From NCBI GenBank assembly GCA_964247055.1, contig OZ176057.1, positions 682,001 to 746,000 of the forward strand: a DNA stretch of 64,000 nt, given 5' to 3'. The stretch comes from Paragordius varius. Taxonomy: Eukaryota > Animalia > Nematomorpha. The position numbers were made by a program, and so were the translations under genes. The notes under the pieces were generated by a model, which saw only the letters and a program-made list of their open reading frames with translations, had not been told where the DNA came from and searched no databases. Positions 1 through 13,629 of this stretch are shown here, piece after piece; within the stretch, counting starts at the first letter, position 1; the number at the start of each line of letters is the position of its first letter.

Positions 1-2522
1 TCCTGAACATACACAATGAGTTATGGGTCCCGGTCAGCAAATGGCAAAAAGATCCTTATTGTTAATCAATTTAAAAATCCTAAAAAAATAAATGAATTAT
101 ATAGATATTTATGCTTAGATAATAATTTTATCGGAGATTTTGATCGTTGATTTTTCCTGGTATATACTTATGCCTTGAATGAATATTTAATCATTAGATT
201 TGTAACCCATTACTTGTTTTTAAGGTCCAATTAAACTATGCGTTCTATACTTAAGGAGTGCTCTTACCAGCTTAGCTACAGGTTTAAAAGTCGGTCATTA
301 TCATAACTGAGATGCATCCTTGTCGTGAATATAACACTATTTACTGATTAACCTTTTTATGGGATGACAAAATGTTAACCCTTTTTTAACAAAAATTAAT
401 GAAACGAATCATAAATAATAATTAATGCAATATATACCACTTGATCATTTTATCCTAACATATTTATTATTTTTATCCATTTTTATATTTTATTACTTTA
501 ATAGTTTTATTCAAAAAAACTCTTTAAAAAGATAGGTAAATTAAGTTGTGGCAAGATATGCTAATGAATAATAAAAAAAATGTTTTTAATTAAAATACTG
601 ATTCCTCCTAGCTTATAAGGTATTAGAAATTACATGGGGAAATCTCTTGATAGACTGATTTCCATATGGACGACTTTACATTGTCCTGTCATGTTCTTTT
701 TTTTAAATAAAATGGCACAGGAGGAATTTTATCTGTGATTTAAATGAGACCCGCAAATCTCGGTATAATGATTTAGAATATAAATATTATAACACAATTA
801 GTTATATATTTGTCGGTATTATATGGTGTATGCCCCCTTGACACAAAAAAATTTTGCGACCCGTCAGATTTTTTGGTGAGTACCACTGCATTTAACCGTA
901 TTCGCCATGTTAATATATATCTTAACACCTTTTCTTTAATTCCAAGATCGGTTCTATATGCCTTTTATTATCTTTAACACGATCGGGTTAAAAAATAAAC
1001 CATTAAAAATTTTTGCTCATATAGAAAATCACTTGATATTAATCAAGTATTTATTTGCTTTTGTGGATCGTAACCAATCCTTTAATAAATTAATATTTAA
1101 TAAAAATTACACGGAAAATTAATTTTTATAAAAAAGTTATTCATGTAACTTAAAATTTGATTAAGCATTGCTATTAGAAATCGGCTAAATTTAAAATTTA
1201 AAAAATTTTATAAATGGAAATATTAAGAGCTACAAAATGGTTAGTATTCAAACTAAGCAGGTAATATCTTCTCAAAGTTGACATTCCTTATACTGTAAAA
1301 AATCTACATACAACTCTCTTTAAATTTCAATATAATAAATCACTTTGAAAATAAAATACGGTGGTCCAAATTCTTAAAAGTGAAGTTTCTCTCGTTTCCA
1401 ATAATAATGATTAAATAAATATCTTTATTATATTCTACGTTAATAATAGCTGGATAAAAAATCAATTTAATTTTTTTACCCTTTGAGATCGTTTGAAGAT
1501 TAACATAAAAATTGAATTTAATTATAAATATGAATTTTATGCCTTTTAGGCCCATTATACAAAATGATAATGCAGCAAAAAAATTTATTTAGAGGGCCTA
1601 GTTTGGATTTTGAAAATAAACAAAATGTTTTTAATGACATCAGATCTATGTATCGATTTTAAATATTTGATGTTGGGGAGGAGCTATATAGAATATTGCT
1701 ACTCAAACTGCGGCCCTAAAAGTGCTTTTTATGGCCATAAGCATTTATTTGGAATATAAACATCTGCAAATGTGTCAAATAGCATAAAAATTTTATCGGT
1801 ATTGTGGCCTTGAGAACATAATAAGATATTTTATAAAACAACTACTAGGGTCTTATATTATTATTATATAACTTAAAGTATATAATTAGGAGTATACGAA
1901 GCTTTCTTTATTGCAAATGAAGGACATCAACCTATATGGACGGTTTGTAAAAATGTGTGAGATTTATAAATTTAAAATATCATTATTTTCTTTATTTTAT
2001 AAAGACATTTTTTTAAAAGGTTGTTATCAAAAAATTATAAAAACTTGAATTTTTTTTATGGTTAACAGAATTTATTTTTTACAAAATGATGGCGTGCACC
2101 ACACATTGTTTGTTGACATGAGACAAGCCTTTTTGTATTTTCATACTTTTATACATATATAAAAAATTATATGTATAAAACAACTCACCTAATTGAAAAA
2201 TATTATTGTCATAAAGTGACAAGTTCAATATAATTGACCCAGTCTTGTTTAACCTGACATTTGCCTAGTTTAAAAGTTAGTTTCATATCTTTAATTTTAT
2301 GATAAAATAAGAAACTGACAATTATAAATTTTTATCTCTCATTATATCAAAAATTGAAAAAATAGTTATAATATGTGGTCAGGGACGGATCAATCAACTT
2401 GTGTTCGGGTATGAGGTATAAAAAATGTATCATGTTATATCTTTAAAAAAATGTATGTAAATTAGCTTATTGGAACAAAAATACACATATATTAGTTATT
2501 CTTTAAAATCTTTTGTCCAAAT

Positions 2523-5500
2523 ATGTCATATTTGAAACAAATAACTATATCCCTTTTAATCCACATTATATTTCACCCAAAATATTTGATTATCGGCGGT
2601 GCTAACACAGATAATCCTGATAAGAGCTTACAGGGTAACCCAAGTAAAGATCAAGTGTCATGGAGGAACGACATATCTCAAGAGCTAATACCCAAATATA
2701 TTATTGCTAGACATGGTTACGATGCCGAATATGCACAATTTAATGGTGGAAATCAATCAATAAATATAAACCCCAAAGAAGAAAAATCGATTCGTGAACG
2801 CTCAACAGAGTTTGAGAAATGGCTCTTGACTGGAATGAACACAGAATGGGACGAAGATAATGACGAACCAAATACATGGGGACAACCTGATGAAACTTGG
2901 CAGCATACTGAGAAAAATTACAAGTCTGAGTCGCGTCATATTATGGGTGACAACCAAAATATAAAATATGGGCCAAACCCGCTAAAACACTCGGAAACGA
3001 CCAAACAATATAGTGTTGTGAGACAGGATGATGATAAAAGTAAACCAAACAGTGATTGGAGCGAAGCGCCAACTTCAAATTATGGTAATAAAGATGCTTC
3101 TAGCATATGGCCAAAACATCGTTCGTCAGGCCCTTCTTATGAAGAAAATAGAAATGGAAATGCTGAATCAGATTCAATCAATCATGACAAAGATCAACAT
3201 TACTTTTATGAGATGACAGGAAACAATGAGAATTACAATAAAAATGATCACAAAAAGTCGTCAAATAGCTACAATAATCACGCTTATCATAATTATGGCA
3301 AAAAACAGGGACAATGGCATAGTGATGAATTAATTCTGCCCAACGATATAGATTTTATACCTGGATACCAAGGACTAAACCAGGACTTGGCTGTTATGAA
3401 TTTCTTTTTTAATTTTGATTCTGCTCGCGTGCCTTTCATGGATGGTTTAATTAAAACTCTGAGCGAACTTTCGAATGATATCACTTCCTATGACATTGAT
3501 AAAAGGTAAGCGTGAATGTGCATAGTCTCTAAAGTAAAGTAAAAATTAACATTATACAAACACAACGTAAAGAAAACCTAAAAAAAATTTTTTTCCGAAA
3601 GACACCATACTTTTTAAAACTTATATTTACTATATAAATTAAGTTAACTACAAGTATAATATATAATTGATAGTCAATTTACATTTGTATAATTTGTAAT
3701 TTAAAACAATAAGTTATATTTTAACAAATCAAGGTTAAAAAAGTTAGATCTTTAAAGAAATATTTATATTCATAGGTTTACATTTCTGTAATATATTAAT
3801 TTATTGTATATAACCAACTTTTAATGTATCGATATATTTGTTTGTAAGAACTGGATAAATAGTGTATCATCATCACCATAATATAATTAACCACTCATAA
3901 GTAATTACACACAATAGTCGAATATATATGTCTTCTATTCTATGTTTTGTAGCGGGAAACCAAATTTTTGTGGTAAATATTGGTGTCCGTTTTTCCAACT
4001 TATTTGTCGAAACGATTTTTATGAAGTTCGCAAATATCCGTTTCTAACCCGTGTAACATACGAAACACCCCCTGAAGAGTTTGCAGACGGCTTTTTGGCA
4101 ACTGTAGATTTGGAGATCCAAAAATACTTTATGGGTTATAACAAAGAAGGTAATTTTTTATCTGTCTCTCGCATGCAAAGTGCAATTGATTTAGTATTAT
4201 TGTTGGTCAATTGTTAGCACAGTAGCGTATGATATAAAACAAATTTTGTCCATAATTAAATAAATAAAATTTTAAGATGTAACACCATTTGTGATTGTTT
4301 TAAGCCATACGCTTGATACTGTATTGTCAATCGGCCAGAAACATGTGAATTGACCAGCATTGTAAATTCCATATCATTTCTTCTTTACATAATTTTAATT
4401 TCATAGGCATAGTAATACCTACAACAAGACCTGGGGTAGGTATTCCACCCAAGTTAGCACCATCATCCAATAACGATTTCCTATCTGATTTATATTTTGG
4501 TAAACCAGTTGCTCCAATTATATCTTCATTCTTGCCCCCACCATATGACAGGAAACCACCAACGCCATTGAATCCCAGAGTATCTAATAAATTTAAATAT
4601 AATACATTTTGTAAAACACACTAGAAAGCATTATGTATGATATGTCCTGACACTTAATTACAAACTTGGACTGGGTATTTTTTAATAAAAGAATGTCCAT
4701 GACTTAGTCTGATGGCTTAAACCAATTATTTGACCATAAATTTACCAAAAGATTAACTAGCGATTTATATTTTATCGCTATATATATTTTAAAATTTTAT
4801 CAAATTTTATTTTATTGTTTTTTTTATTAACCACCGACGCCATTGAATCCCAGATTATCTCATAATTATTTAAATTATAATACATTTTTTACAACACACC
4901 ACGTGCCAACGATTTAATAAGCATAAAAAGCATTATATATGGAAAAATATGCGATGACGCTTAGTTAGAATCCTAAACTGTTGATGTTTTCAATATATGA
5001 ATGACCATAAACCTCTGTGATGGCTTAAATTACTCATTAAAAATTTTTGACGTATAAAAGTGTCGCAAAAATATCCCTTATTTTTTATTTAACATTACAA
5101 TCTTTGCCGTTAATTTTGTTTGTCAGCCTTCATATGCGCTAAAATTCATATTTAAAGCGGTTTATACATACCAATTTGTTGGACAGATTAAAATCACCCA
5201 GTTGTGCAATCAAATATACTATGTCAAAATGTATGGGGGCGCTTTTCAACCCTCAGTTACGGCTCAAAAGGGGTCAGACCTGATAAAATTACTTAAACTT
5301 TTGGGCAAAGATCTATCTCGTGGCTACTTCATTGCGACATATTCAACGTAAGAAGTTATATAATTTTTAGTAGTGTTAAAAATAATTATAACGCCTTTTT
5401 AAAATTATGTATAAAAATTTGGATATATATTTTAGAAATTAACAAAAACTCCAATTGATTATTCATTTTTAAAAATACTTATGGACTTAAGTTTGTAGGT

Positions 5501-5635
5501 TTTGTATCCAAGCTTCTTGACAAATGATGTTCTAGCTAAAATATGAGTTTTTCTTCTTGTATAATATTTTAGAATTTGTTATCTAGGTTGGCATTTCACC
5601 CCAATTTACACGGATATCGAACAATTTCATTCTAA
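2523..5635 (+). CDS. SOUL/heme-binding (HEBP2-like) domain protein with N-terminal signal-peptide-like segment and ~300-aa low-complexity extension; 5 exons, 520 aa
   Basis: Exons 2523-3505, 3953-4149, 4407-4579, 5187-5347, 5587-5635. All junctions are GT-AG with matching phases, total 1563 nt = 521 codons. Spliced C-terminal half reads PNFCGKYWCPFF..DFYEVRKY..KYFMGYNKEGIVIPTTRP..IISSFLPPPYDRKPPTPLNPRIKI..IYYVKMYGG..GYFIATYST, matching the SOUL motif order (FC..L.CP, YE.R.Y, Y..G.N, MT.PV, SF.LP..PP.P..P.V, YV..FGG, Y..A.Y). The last exon acceptor is the least certain. Confidence 0.85.
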
Positions 5636-5637
5636 CC

Positions 5638-5643
5638 AATAAA
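5638..5643 (+). terminator. Candidate AATAAA polyadenylation signal of the SOUL gene
   Basis: AATAAA 2 nt after the predicted TAA. The motif is common in AT-rich DNA, so support is weak. Confidence 0.35.
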
Positions 5644-5924
5644 TATTGTCCCTGGACACTAAATAAGATTTCTATAAGGGATTCATTTAACTATTCGCTT
5701 TCAATAATTTAAACTCATTAATATTGATTTTCAAAATGTAATTTGTTCAAACAACATATATTAATATCAAAACTATTTACACAAAACTGCTTTAGAATCA
5801 AATAACGGTTTATTTATGCAATTTTCCGCGGTTAAACAAAATATATTTTGGTTGCATTTATATATAAACTATATTTTATATTATTCGATTTTATTGGAGT
5901 ATATTTTAAGCTTTGGAAAAGAAG

Positions 5925-6227
5925 TACGGTTAAAACTGAAATCATACGGACAAGACATATAAATATAAGGACAAACATTTTTTCAAAAAGACTAACATAC
6001 TTTTTAAATTATGATTTTTTTAAATATAACCGATTGTTTAAAATGGCAAAGTTTGTGAAATAGAGATATATATATTACTAATACAATCGTTTGTTTAATT
6101 TACAACTGTAATTAAATAGCTTATATAGGAAAAAATAGCGTTTAAAAATTATGGTGGTGTCTTTTAGATAAAAAAGTTTATCGTTTTAATTTTATGTTTT
6201 GTCCGTATAATTTAAATTTTTACTGTA
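5925..6227. mobile_element. MITE family 2
   Basis: TACGGTTAAAACTGAAATCATACGGACAAGAC...GTTTTGTCCGTATAATTTAAATTTTTACTGTA. Confidence 0.75.
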
Positions 6228-6485
6228 CATACACACATAAAATTTTGTGAGGAACGGTTTTTATTAATTTAGGTAGAATTAGTTTTTAAAACGTTGCATT
6301 TCTTGATATGCCAATTTAATATTATTTATAAATTAGGAGATATGCCACTGATTTTACCGGAGTCCACAATGAAATATGGGTCCCAGCCTCGGGCAATAAA
6401 CATCCCAACAAATATTACTGCAAAGCTGGAAAGAATAATAAAGATTAATTTTTTACCCTAAATTAATTAAAAAATATTTTATTAA

Positions 6486-6791
6486 TATACGATTTACAGT
6501 TCAAATTAACCCTTGAACAATTCAAATTCCCCCTTAAACGATTCCAATTCACCCTAAAATAAATTATGTGTTCTATAAAAATAAAAAATTACCTATATTT
6601 ATATTTTTGAATGAAATTTTGTTTAGAATTAATGTATTGAAAAAATAATAAACTATGCCATAAAGATATATTTCATATTAATAATGAGTCATATTAGCCC
6701 GGAAACAAATTTATTTAAGGTCAATTTGAAATGTTCAAGCTTTAATTTAAATGGTTAAGGGTGAATTTGAAATGTTTATGTAAATAGTATA
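6486..6791. mobile_element. MITE family 1, diverged
   Basis: TATACGATTTACAG...GTAAATAGTATA with 21-bp repeats. Confidence 0.75.
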
Positions 6792-7399
6792 TTTTATTAA
6801 TATAACCCTTAAGCAAATATTTAAAGATTATAGGATTGCGTGACCGAAAAAGATATATTCAAATTTTTGTTTTTCGACGAATAAATTCTGTAAAATTTTT
6901 AAAGCGGCTGAAAAAGTTTTGATAACTTTTAATATGCTTCCGATTCAAATAACGATTCTAAAAAATTCAGTTATGGTAATTAGAAAACGACTTGTTTGTA
7001 AAAAATTTTTGAGATCATAATCTGGAGTAAAAACTCTAATTCCTATAACATAGCTAGGTCTACATCTTAAAAATTTACGGAACTCCTTCATATAAATATT
7101 TAATGCATATGCTGTATAAAAATTCTATGTCTAAAAAAATCTTTAAGCCTATAAAAAAATTATTTCATAAGTCTCATATTCGCGATTTTTGGAAGGACAT
7201 ACAAGTGGAAGAAAGCTATATATATATATATATAGAGCAGTTAATTAATCAATCAAACATTTTTGATAACACTGCATGTAAAACCAGGGGGTATAACTAT
7301 ATCTTGTGGAAAAATATCTCAAGATTATCATACTTTTGGTATTGGCCTTATTTACACTTTTGTAGTATGTGCTCCATAAAAGAAAATAGCAAAATGCGC

Positions 7400-7760
7400 A
7401 CATTTTTTTGAATAAATTTTTTTGATGGACGCTAATGCTTCATTTCAAAAAATCACTAAAATATATCATGAACTACATATAAAAAACAACAATGTATTTA
7501 AAAAATTTTAATTTACATACATGGGCTTCAGAAGTCACAAATTCTAGTTTTTTAAAATTGGGTATTTCTCGTAAAATAAGATGAAAAATATCGAGATTTT
7601 GCGATAAAAATTTTAATATATGCTAGATAATGGCAAAAAAACATATTTCTGTAAAATTAGGCTTTGTACAAAAATGCAATTTTTAGCAAAATTTCGCAAG
7701 ATTACTTAATACAGTTGAGAGAATGATGGAAATCATTATACTATTTTGATATTTCAAATA
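7400..7760 (+). repeat. Diverged direct repeat of ~9200-9520
   Basis: Shared AAAATCACTAAAATATAT..AAAAATTTTAATTT..TGGG.TTC..AAGTC.CAAATTC..GCGATAAAAATTTT.AATATATGCTA. Confidence 0.45.
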
Positions 7761-8299
7761 TGCTGAATATTTCAATCACCTCAGAAATTATAAATTTTTT
7801 TTAATACAAATAATCACTAAAATTTGTAACTAAACTAAACTTTGAAAATAAAGTGATAGAAATGTTTGATATTATTAAATCATATGGTAAAATTCACAAT
7901 ATGTTAAAATTTATACCGTTTCTACCATGCTTCAAAATGCCATGGAACTTACAAATTTGCTTTAAATTAATTTTTTAGTAAGCCATTTTTCGTAAGATTT
8001 TCGATGTTAACTTTAGCATATATCTAAAATTTTAACAAACGAATTTGGTTTTTGGGCCTTTATTTGAAGAAAACTTGCTCATTTTAGACCGATGCAAATG
8101 AGACGTTGGGACTCATTTAAGATTATAAATATTATAAAAATAAGATTTTGCTTAACATTTATAGTTTATGAAATATTTCAGTATTTTTCGGAATATAGCT
8201 TAGATTAAATAAATTTTATTAAACCAAATTTGCGCAAAATTCCAATTTTCTGAGATGGGGCAAATACCACTTAATCCGTAAATGCCAATCATGATAATC

Positions 8300-8339
<40 letters not shown>

Positions 8340-8684
8340 CCATGATATTTTTTTGCGCACAATGGTATATGCCCCGATAAAAATTCAGGCTTAAAAAACA
8401 AAACAAATCTTTGAAAATTCAAATTTTACCTGTGAGATCCGACAATCTCAAATTTTTTGACCCGTCTAAAATGGATATGTTTCCTTTAAAAGAAAAATGC
8501 CGATATTGCGTCGAAAATTAAATATGAAAATTTTAGCATCGAAAAGCGATAATTTGATGATGCGATATTTAAGGTATTTGGAAGCACGGTGGAAACGGTA
8601 AACACTTTGAGATGTGAATACCACACTTAGATTATTGATTTTAATAGGTTTTAGACAAATTTAAAATTATTTCTTGTTAGTCAA

Positions 8685-8969
8685 CTTTACAATTCAAATT
8701 CACCCTCGAACGATTCAAATTCACCCTCAAATTAAATATATGTTTTTTTAAATTAACATATTTGCATATATTTTTAAAAAACAAAAATTTTAAATTAAAA
8801 ATACTGAAAAAATAATAAATGCCATAAAGATATATTTCATTTATATAAGGTCTATAATAGTTCGAAAACTTATAATTTATTTTTAGGGTGAATTTGAATT
8901 AATTAAGGGTGGTTTTAAGTTGTTCCAGGGTGAATTGGATTCTTCAAGGATGAATTTCTAACTGGTATA
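8685..8969. mobile_element. MITE family 1, diverged
   Basis: 21-bp repeats at both ends and shared interior; right end CTGGTATA. Confidence 0.7.
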
Positions 8970-9569
8970 TATATTATTAGCAACAATATATTCAAAAATT
9001 GATGATAAAAATGTTCAGCGTCATATATTGGGTAAAATCGGGGGTATAAAATATAAGCTGACAAAATATATATTTTTGAGAGGAAAATGTGTCAAGATTA
9101 TTATAGTGCATTTGGTTATGGCCCTTACGAATATAACAAGATTTTTACGCTTTTGTGGTAAGGTCCATCAGAAAATGGTAAAAATCTTAGCACATTTTTT
9201 GTGATTAATTTTGGTAGGCCAAATGCTCCATCCAAAAAATATCACTAAAATATATATTAAAACTATATATGAAATTAAAAATTTTAATTTTTAGATGTGG
9301 GTTCCTAAAGTCCAAATTCTTTTGCCTTTCTAAAATGGACAGGTCCATCCAAAATAAACGCAGAAATGCAGGGGTTGCGCGATAAAAATTTTCAATATAT
9401 GCTATATTTAACATCAAAAAAATATTTTAAAAAAATGCATACTCAATAATTTAATTTTTAGCAAATATTGTTGGAGCGCACTTCATACTATTTTTAGGCA
9501 TGATGGAAATGAATTTTTATAAAAAATCACAATTTATATTTGACAATATTATAAAAACTAACGATGATT

Positions 9570-10158
9570 TTAACACTGGATACAACACACTCATTTTAGT
9601 CCTTCGATTCAAATTGGGGTAGTTGGATACCCCAGGCCTGTTTAAAATCAAATACTTTAAAAAGTAAGGAAGCGATCGAAACCAAGGCAAAATTTTGCAC
9701 TTATATAACATTAATAAACCGAAATATATAAAAAAATTTATTCATAAATACTTGATATTTTTTATTTTGAGCTAAAACTGAAAGGTAAAAATTTAGTCAA
9801 CGTGACATGTGTCAAATTGTAAAATTAAAAAATAATACAAAATAAACCGCTTTTTCTATTTCTATCAATGTTAAATGTAATTTATATAAAAAATAAGCTT
9901 TAGTTTTATCCTTAAAATTAAATGAAGACGATATTTTGCAAAATTTTTGTAAAATAAAAATGGCTTCGAAGTAGTTTGAGATGGAACTTTTTTTTCAAAA
10001 CAAAGTTCTATCAAGATATTTTGGCGTATTTATATAATATTTATCAGGATAGAATCATAAATTTAAATTGGGACCGTTTTCTTCAGTAGTTTTTTAAAAA
10101 TTTTAATTTAAATTTAATCTGGGGTATTTAGATACCCCAATTTGAATCGAAGTGTTAA
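9570..10158. mobile_element. MITE family 3 (TTAA-flanked, CAC...GTG ends; piggyBac-like target)
   Basis: TTAA-CAC..TTCGATTCAAATTGGGGTA...TACCCCAATTTGAATCGAAGTG-TTAA. Related copies at 54710-55198, 58655-59190 and a right end at 36815-36913. Confidence 0.8.
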
Positions 10159-10560
10159 TCAAATGAGGTGATAGAAATGTTAAGCATCATTAAATTAAAT
10201 AAAAAATTTAGTTAATTTTGGTAAAAACTATTATTTGTAAAAGGTATACATTTAAGAAAAAATATATATTGTGTCAAAATTTAGCAAAGAGTGAAAAATA
10301 TTTTTGGACAATCCCGACATTTTTTCGTTTATCGAAAAACTAGCCTATTTTAGAGGAGCGAAAACATTCGGGACTTTCGGAGCTTTTTTTTAAAAACTAA
10401 AATAAAAATATTGTTTTGCTTTTAATGGAAGTTATATTATTTCCTAGTCATAATAAACGTTTTCCCAGTCAATCAAAACATGTCTATCGAAACGTTTTCC
10501 CGGTCAATAAAAACGGTTTTTCTGATGATAAATATCAAAACAAGATATAAAAATAACTTC

Positions 10561-11440
10561 TAACCATTATCAGCGTAATATTAGGATATTTCATAAACCC
10601 AATTATTGAATGACAATTTTTCCAATTATATTCCAATGCCCAAACAATATTGACTTATTCTTTAAAAGTTATAGTTTTAAAATATGAGATGTTTTTAGAT
10701 AATATTTATTTATTAATGGTTTGCATTAATATTTGCGTCTAACTTAAAAATTCTATAGTTACGGATGAAATAATAAAGTTTATAAAAATATACCATTTTT
10801 ATCTCAAAGGTCATTTAACACTTCATATTGGATCTTAAACATAATTTTACCTAATTTTATAATACTATTATTTGTTTCATCGGGGGCCTAATGCGGCTTT
10901 CCGAGTATCTTTCGGTCCGCGAAAGGAAATCCATATGCAAAAATATGCACAAATGATATTAGTAATTTTCATATTTCTTACGCAATTATTCTGAACGAGT
11001 CTATTAAATTGGTAACGAATTAATAAAAATTGTTATATTGTATTTCTATTTTACAATCTTATGTCTAATCGAGAACGCCGTGATTTTTGAGTTGAAAATG
11101 CGGCCCGCGAAGGCATTTAGTTAACAAATATCCTTTTCATTATATATTTTAAAATCAAAAACATTTTTATCAAAAAAAGTTTTTGTTTAGACATTTTTTC
11201 CGACAGTTTTATTTATCACCAAACTTGACATATTAAAAACTGTTTTGAAGCGTTCCGCAAATATAAATGTAAACAGTCGATAAAATAAAAGATATTATCT
11301 TAATATCTCAAATTCGAAAAATATAACTTTTAAGGAATGAGTCATTATTGATTGTGCACTGGAATATAATTAAAAAAACTGTCATTCAATAATTGTGTTT
11401 TTATGAAAATAATATCCTAATATTACGCTGATAATGGTTA
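10561..11440. mobile_element. Non-autonomous foldback element with ~150-bp TIRs (CC...GG ends, TTAA-like flanks; piggyBac-like)
   Basis: TAACCATTATCAGCGTAATATTAGGATATT at 10561 and its reverse complement ending 11440. Confidence 0.65.
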
Positions 11441-12419
11441 CACTGTGCAACAAAATTTGGGGTCAGTTTTCTGGATCTACATTTTTTTTATATTTTATGA
11501 TTCCATATGGTATTGTGATCAGATTTGTGAAAAAAATTTTTTACTTACCCGTTTTCGAGATATGGGACTTTTTCCATATTTAACCATATCCAAACTCGTT
11601 TGTAAATATTTTTCGCTAGGTAAATAAATAATATGTGGCTTATAATACAAATTTTATTATAGACCACCAATTTATCTTTAAAATAAAAAAAATTAACTCA
11701 AAATATTGAATACTTTTGTTCCAGGGGGCAAAAACCCTCAAAAGCGGGGGAAATTAAAATTTTTTGAGACAAATATTTTTTATCATCTTATTAAATGAAA
11801 ACAAATTTTATTTTATGTTCTTGGATGTTAATAATGTTTGAATTATAAATATCATTGTATAATAGCTTGGTGGCCTTTTATTTTAAAAAATAAATTAAAT
11901 TTTTACACCTTTCTTACTGTTTTTTATGTAAAATAAAGCTAAATTTTACTCTGCTGCATATAATATATTCTTTATTTCATATGATATTTTTAAATATTTA
12001 CCTTATATGTGTTCAACAATACTAAATTTTATGCCTTAAAATATAATCCTAACAAAGTGATTTTTTAATTATAAATTTAAGATGACTGGCGGGAAACACA
12101 GCAAAAATCTAGGCTTAGAGGGGCGTTTGTGGACCGTTCTCGTAGGATAAATACCATGACCAAATACCCAATCCCAACAATTTACATCTGACGTCAGCTA
12201 ATAGATTAGCTTTCACTATGGTCGTATACGACTGTGCAGAATAAATAAATATGTAGAATATTCCATATCTTATGAAAAATGTTTTAAAAAAGTTCATATA
12301 ATACCATCAATAAATATTTTCATCCTATATTTATTTTATTTGACTAAGCTAATGATGCTTTTTTCTATAGCAAAAATGAAAATTTATTATTGCAATACAT
12401 GTTTTCACTTGTGAGAGCG

Positions 12420-13440
12420 GTCATGTTATATAACCTGTCTCGCCATAGCCCTATTTATTCCGTCTTCTGCATAAAGCTCGTATTCTGCTAACTCTCTTTT
12501 TACTGTACATCCATTTCGATTTAGGCCGCCGACGTCCTCGTTTTCCTTCAACTATATGACTACCTAATATTTTGCAATATAATTAGAATCTCTCCTTTCA
12601 ATGTGCCGGAACCAACGTACCCTATTTTTGACATTCTTTCCACTATTGGTTTAACATCTGTGCTGCCACGAATAATTCTATTCTCAATTCTGTACTTTGT
12701 TGTTACCCCACATATCATTCTAAGCATTTTCTCACGTTGAAATGTCTTTCTTCGGATTTTTTGACACCCCACGTCTGTGAATTATACATCATTATGGGTA
12801 GAACAACTTAACTCTATAACTTACCTTTCACTCTAACATCTATATTTGGATCACATAACACGCTTGAAATTTTCTTCCAATTTATCCAACTGCTCTTTAT
12901 TTTTAAATTAATATCATCGGTCAACCAACCATCTGAACTTAACATCGCCCCCAAATATTTGCAATTTTTTTACCCTTCAGAACCCAACTATCATCAACTT
13001 CCATTTCATGTTATGGACCCCCAAAAGTAATAAGTTCGGTTTTTGCTTTGTTTACTTTCAGACTGTATTGATTCAGTATAATGACCCATCTGTTTACCGT
13101 TCACTTTAACTCAGCCAAATAGACAAGATGATTATGTCATCTGCATACATTAAGTACCAACCTGACCTTACATTAACGACCTTGGCTATCTCGTCCATAC
13201 TAATTATAAACAATAAGGGGCTAAGTGATGAGCCTTGGTAGACTCCATGCTTTATTGAAAAGGGCTCTCATAAACCTTGTGGAGTTTTAATCCTGGAGGT
13301 GTGAGATTCGTACATTATTTGTAACCACTTAATATAACTTTCTGGCACTTTTTTACGACGGAGACTTCACCAAATAGTTAATCTAAATCCTGTCAAAAGC
13401 CTTTTCTATCTCAATTAAAACCCCGTGTAACTCTTTCAAT
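12420..13440 (-). mobile_element. RTE-clade non-LTR retrotransposon, decayed 3' fragment
   Basis: Minus strand: HQGSSLSPLLFII.MDE..YLMYADDIIL (RT); KMLRMICGVT..RIENRIIRG..VKPIVE; GKRGRRRPKSKW (RTE C-terminus). Confidence 0.88.
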
Positions 13441-13588
13441 GAGAATTATATATTGAATTATACGAAAATCCTCATTTAATGCTTCAATTAATTAGAGTGA
13501 ATATGAAATAAAGTGTATATTTTGGTCAGGAAGACACGGATAATCTATCTTGATTTTGAATGAAAGTAAAGTAAAATAATAATTTAAT

Positions 13589-13589
<1 letters not shown>

Positions 13590-13626
<37 letters not shown>
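13590..13626. repeat. (TA)n microsatellite
   Basis: Directly visible; other (TA)n tracts at ~7217-7234, 8307-8338, 47702-47722 and 58549-58572. Confidence 0.9.

Positions 13627-13629
<3 letters not shown>

Noticed and set aside
1-340. Possible RT remnant on the minus strand (RQGCIS; GISI..ISDKIII)
   Set aside because: Too short and decayed to support; no YADD retained.
3028-3484. ORFs 3028-3216 (+) and 3293-3484 (-)
   Set aside because: Shadow frames of SOUL exon 1 with no independent support.
4580-5186. Possible U12-type intron (donor GTATCT)
   Set aside because: The donor is GTATCTAA rather than GTATCCTT, and there is no TCCTTAAC branch site near the acceptor.
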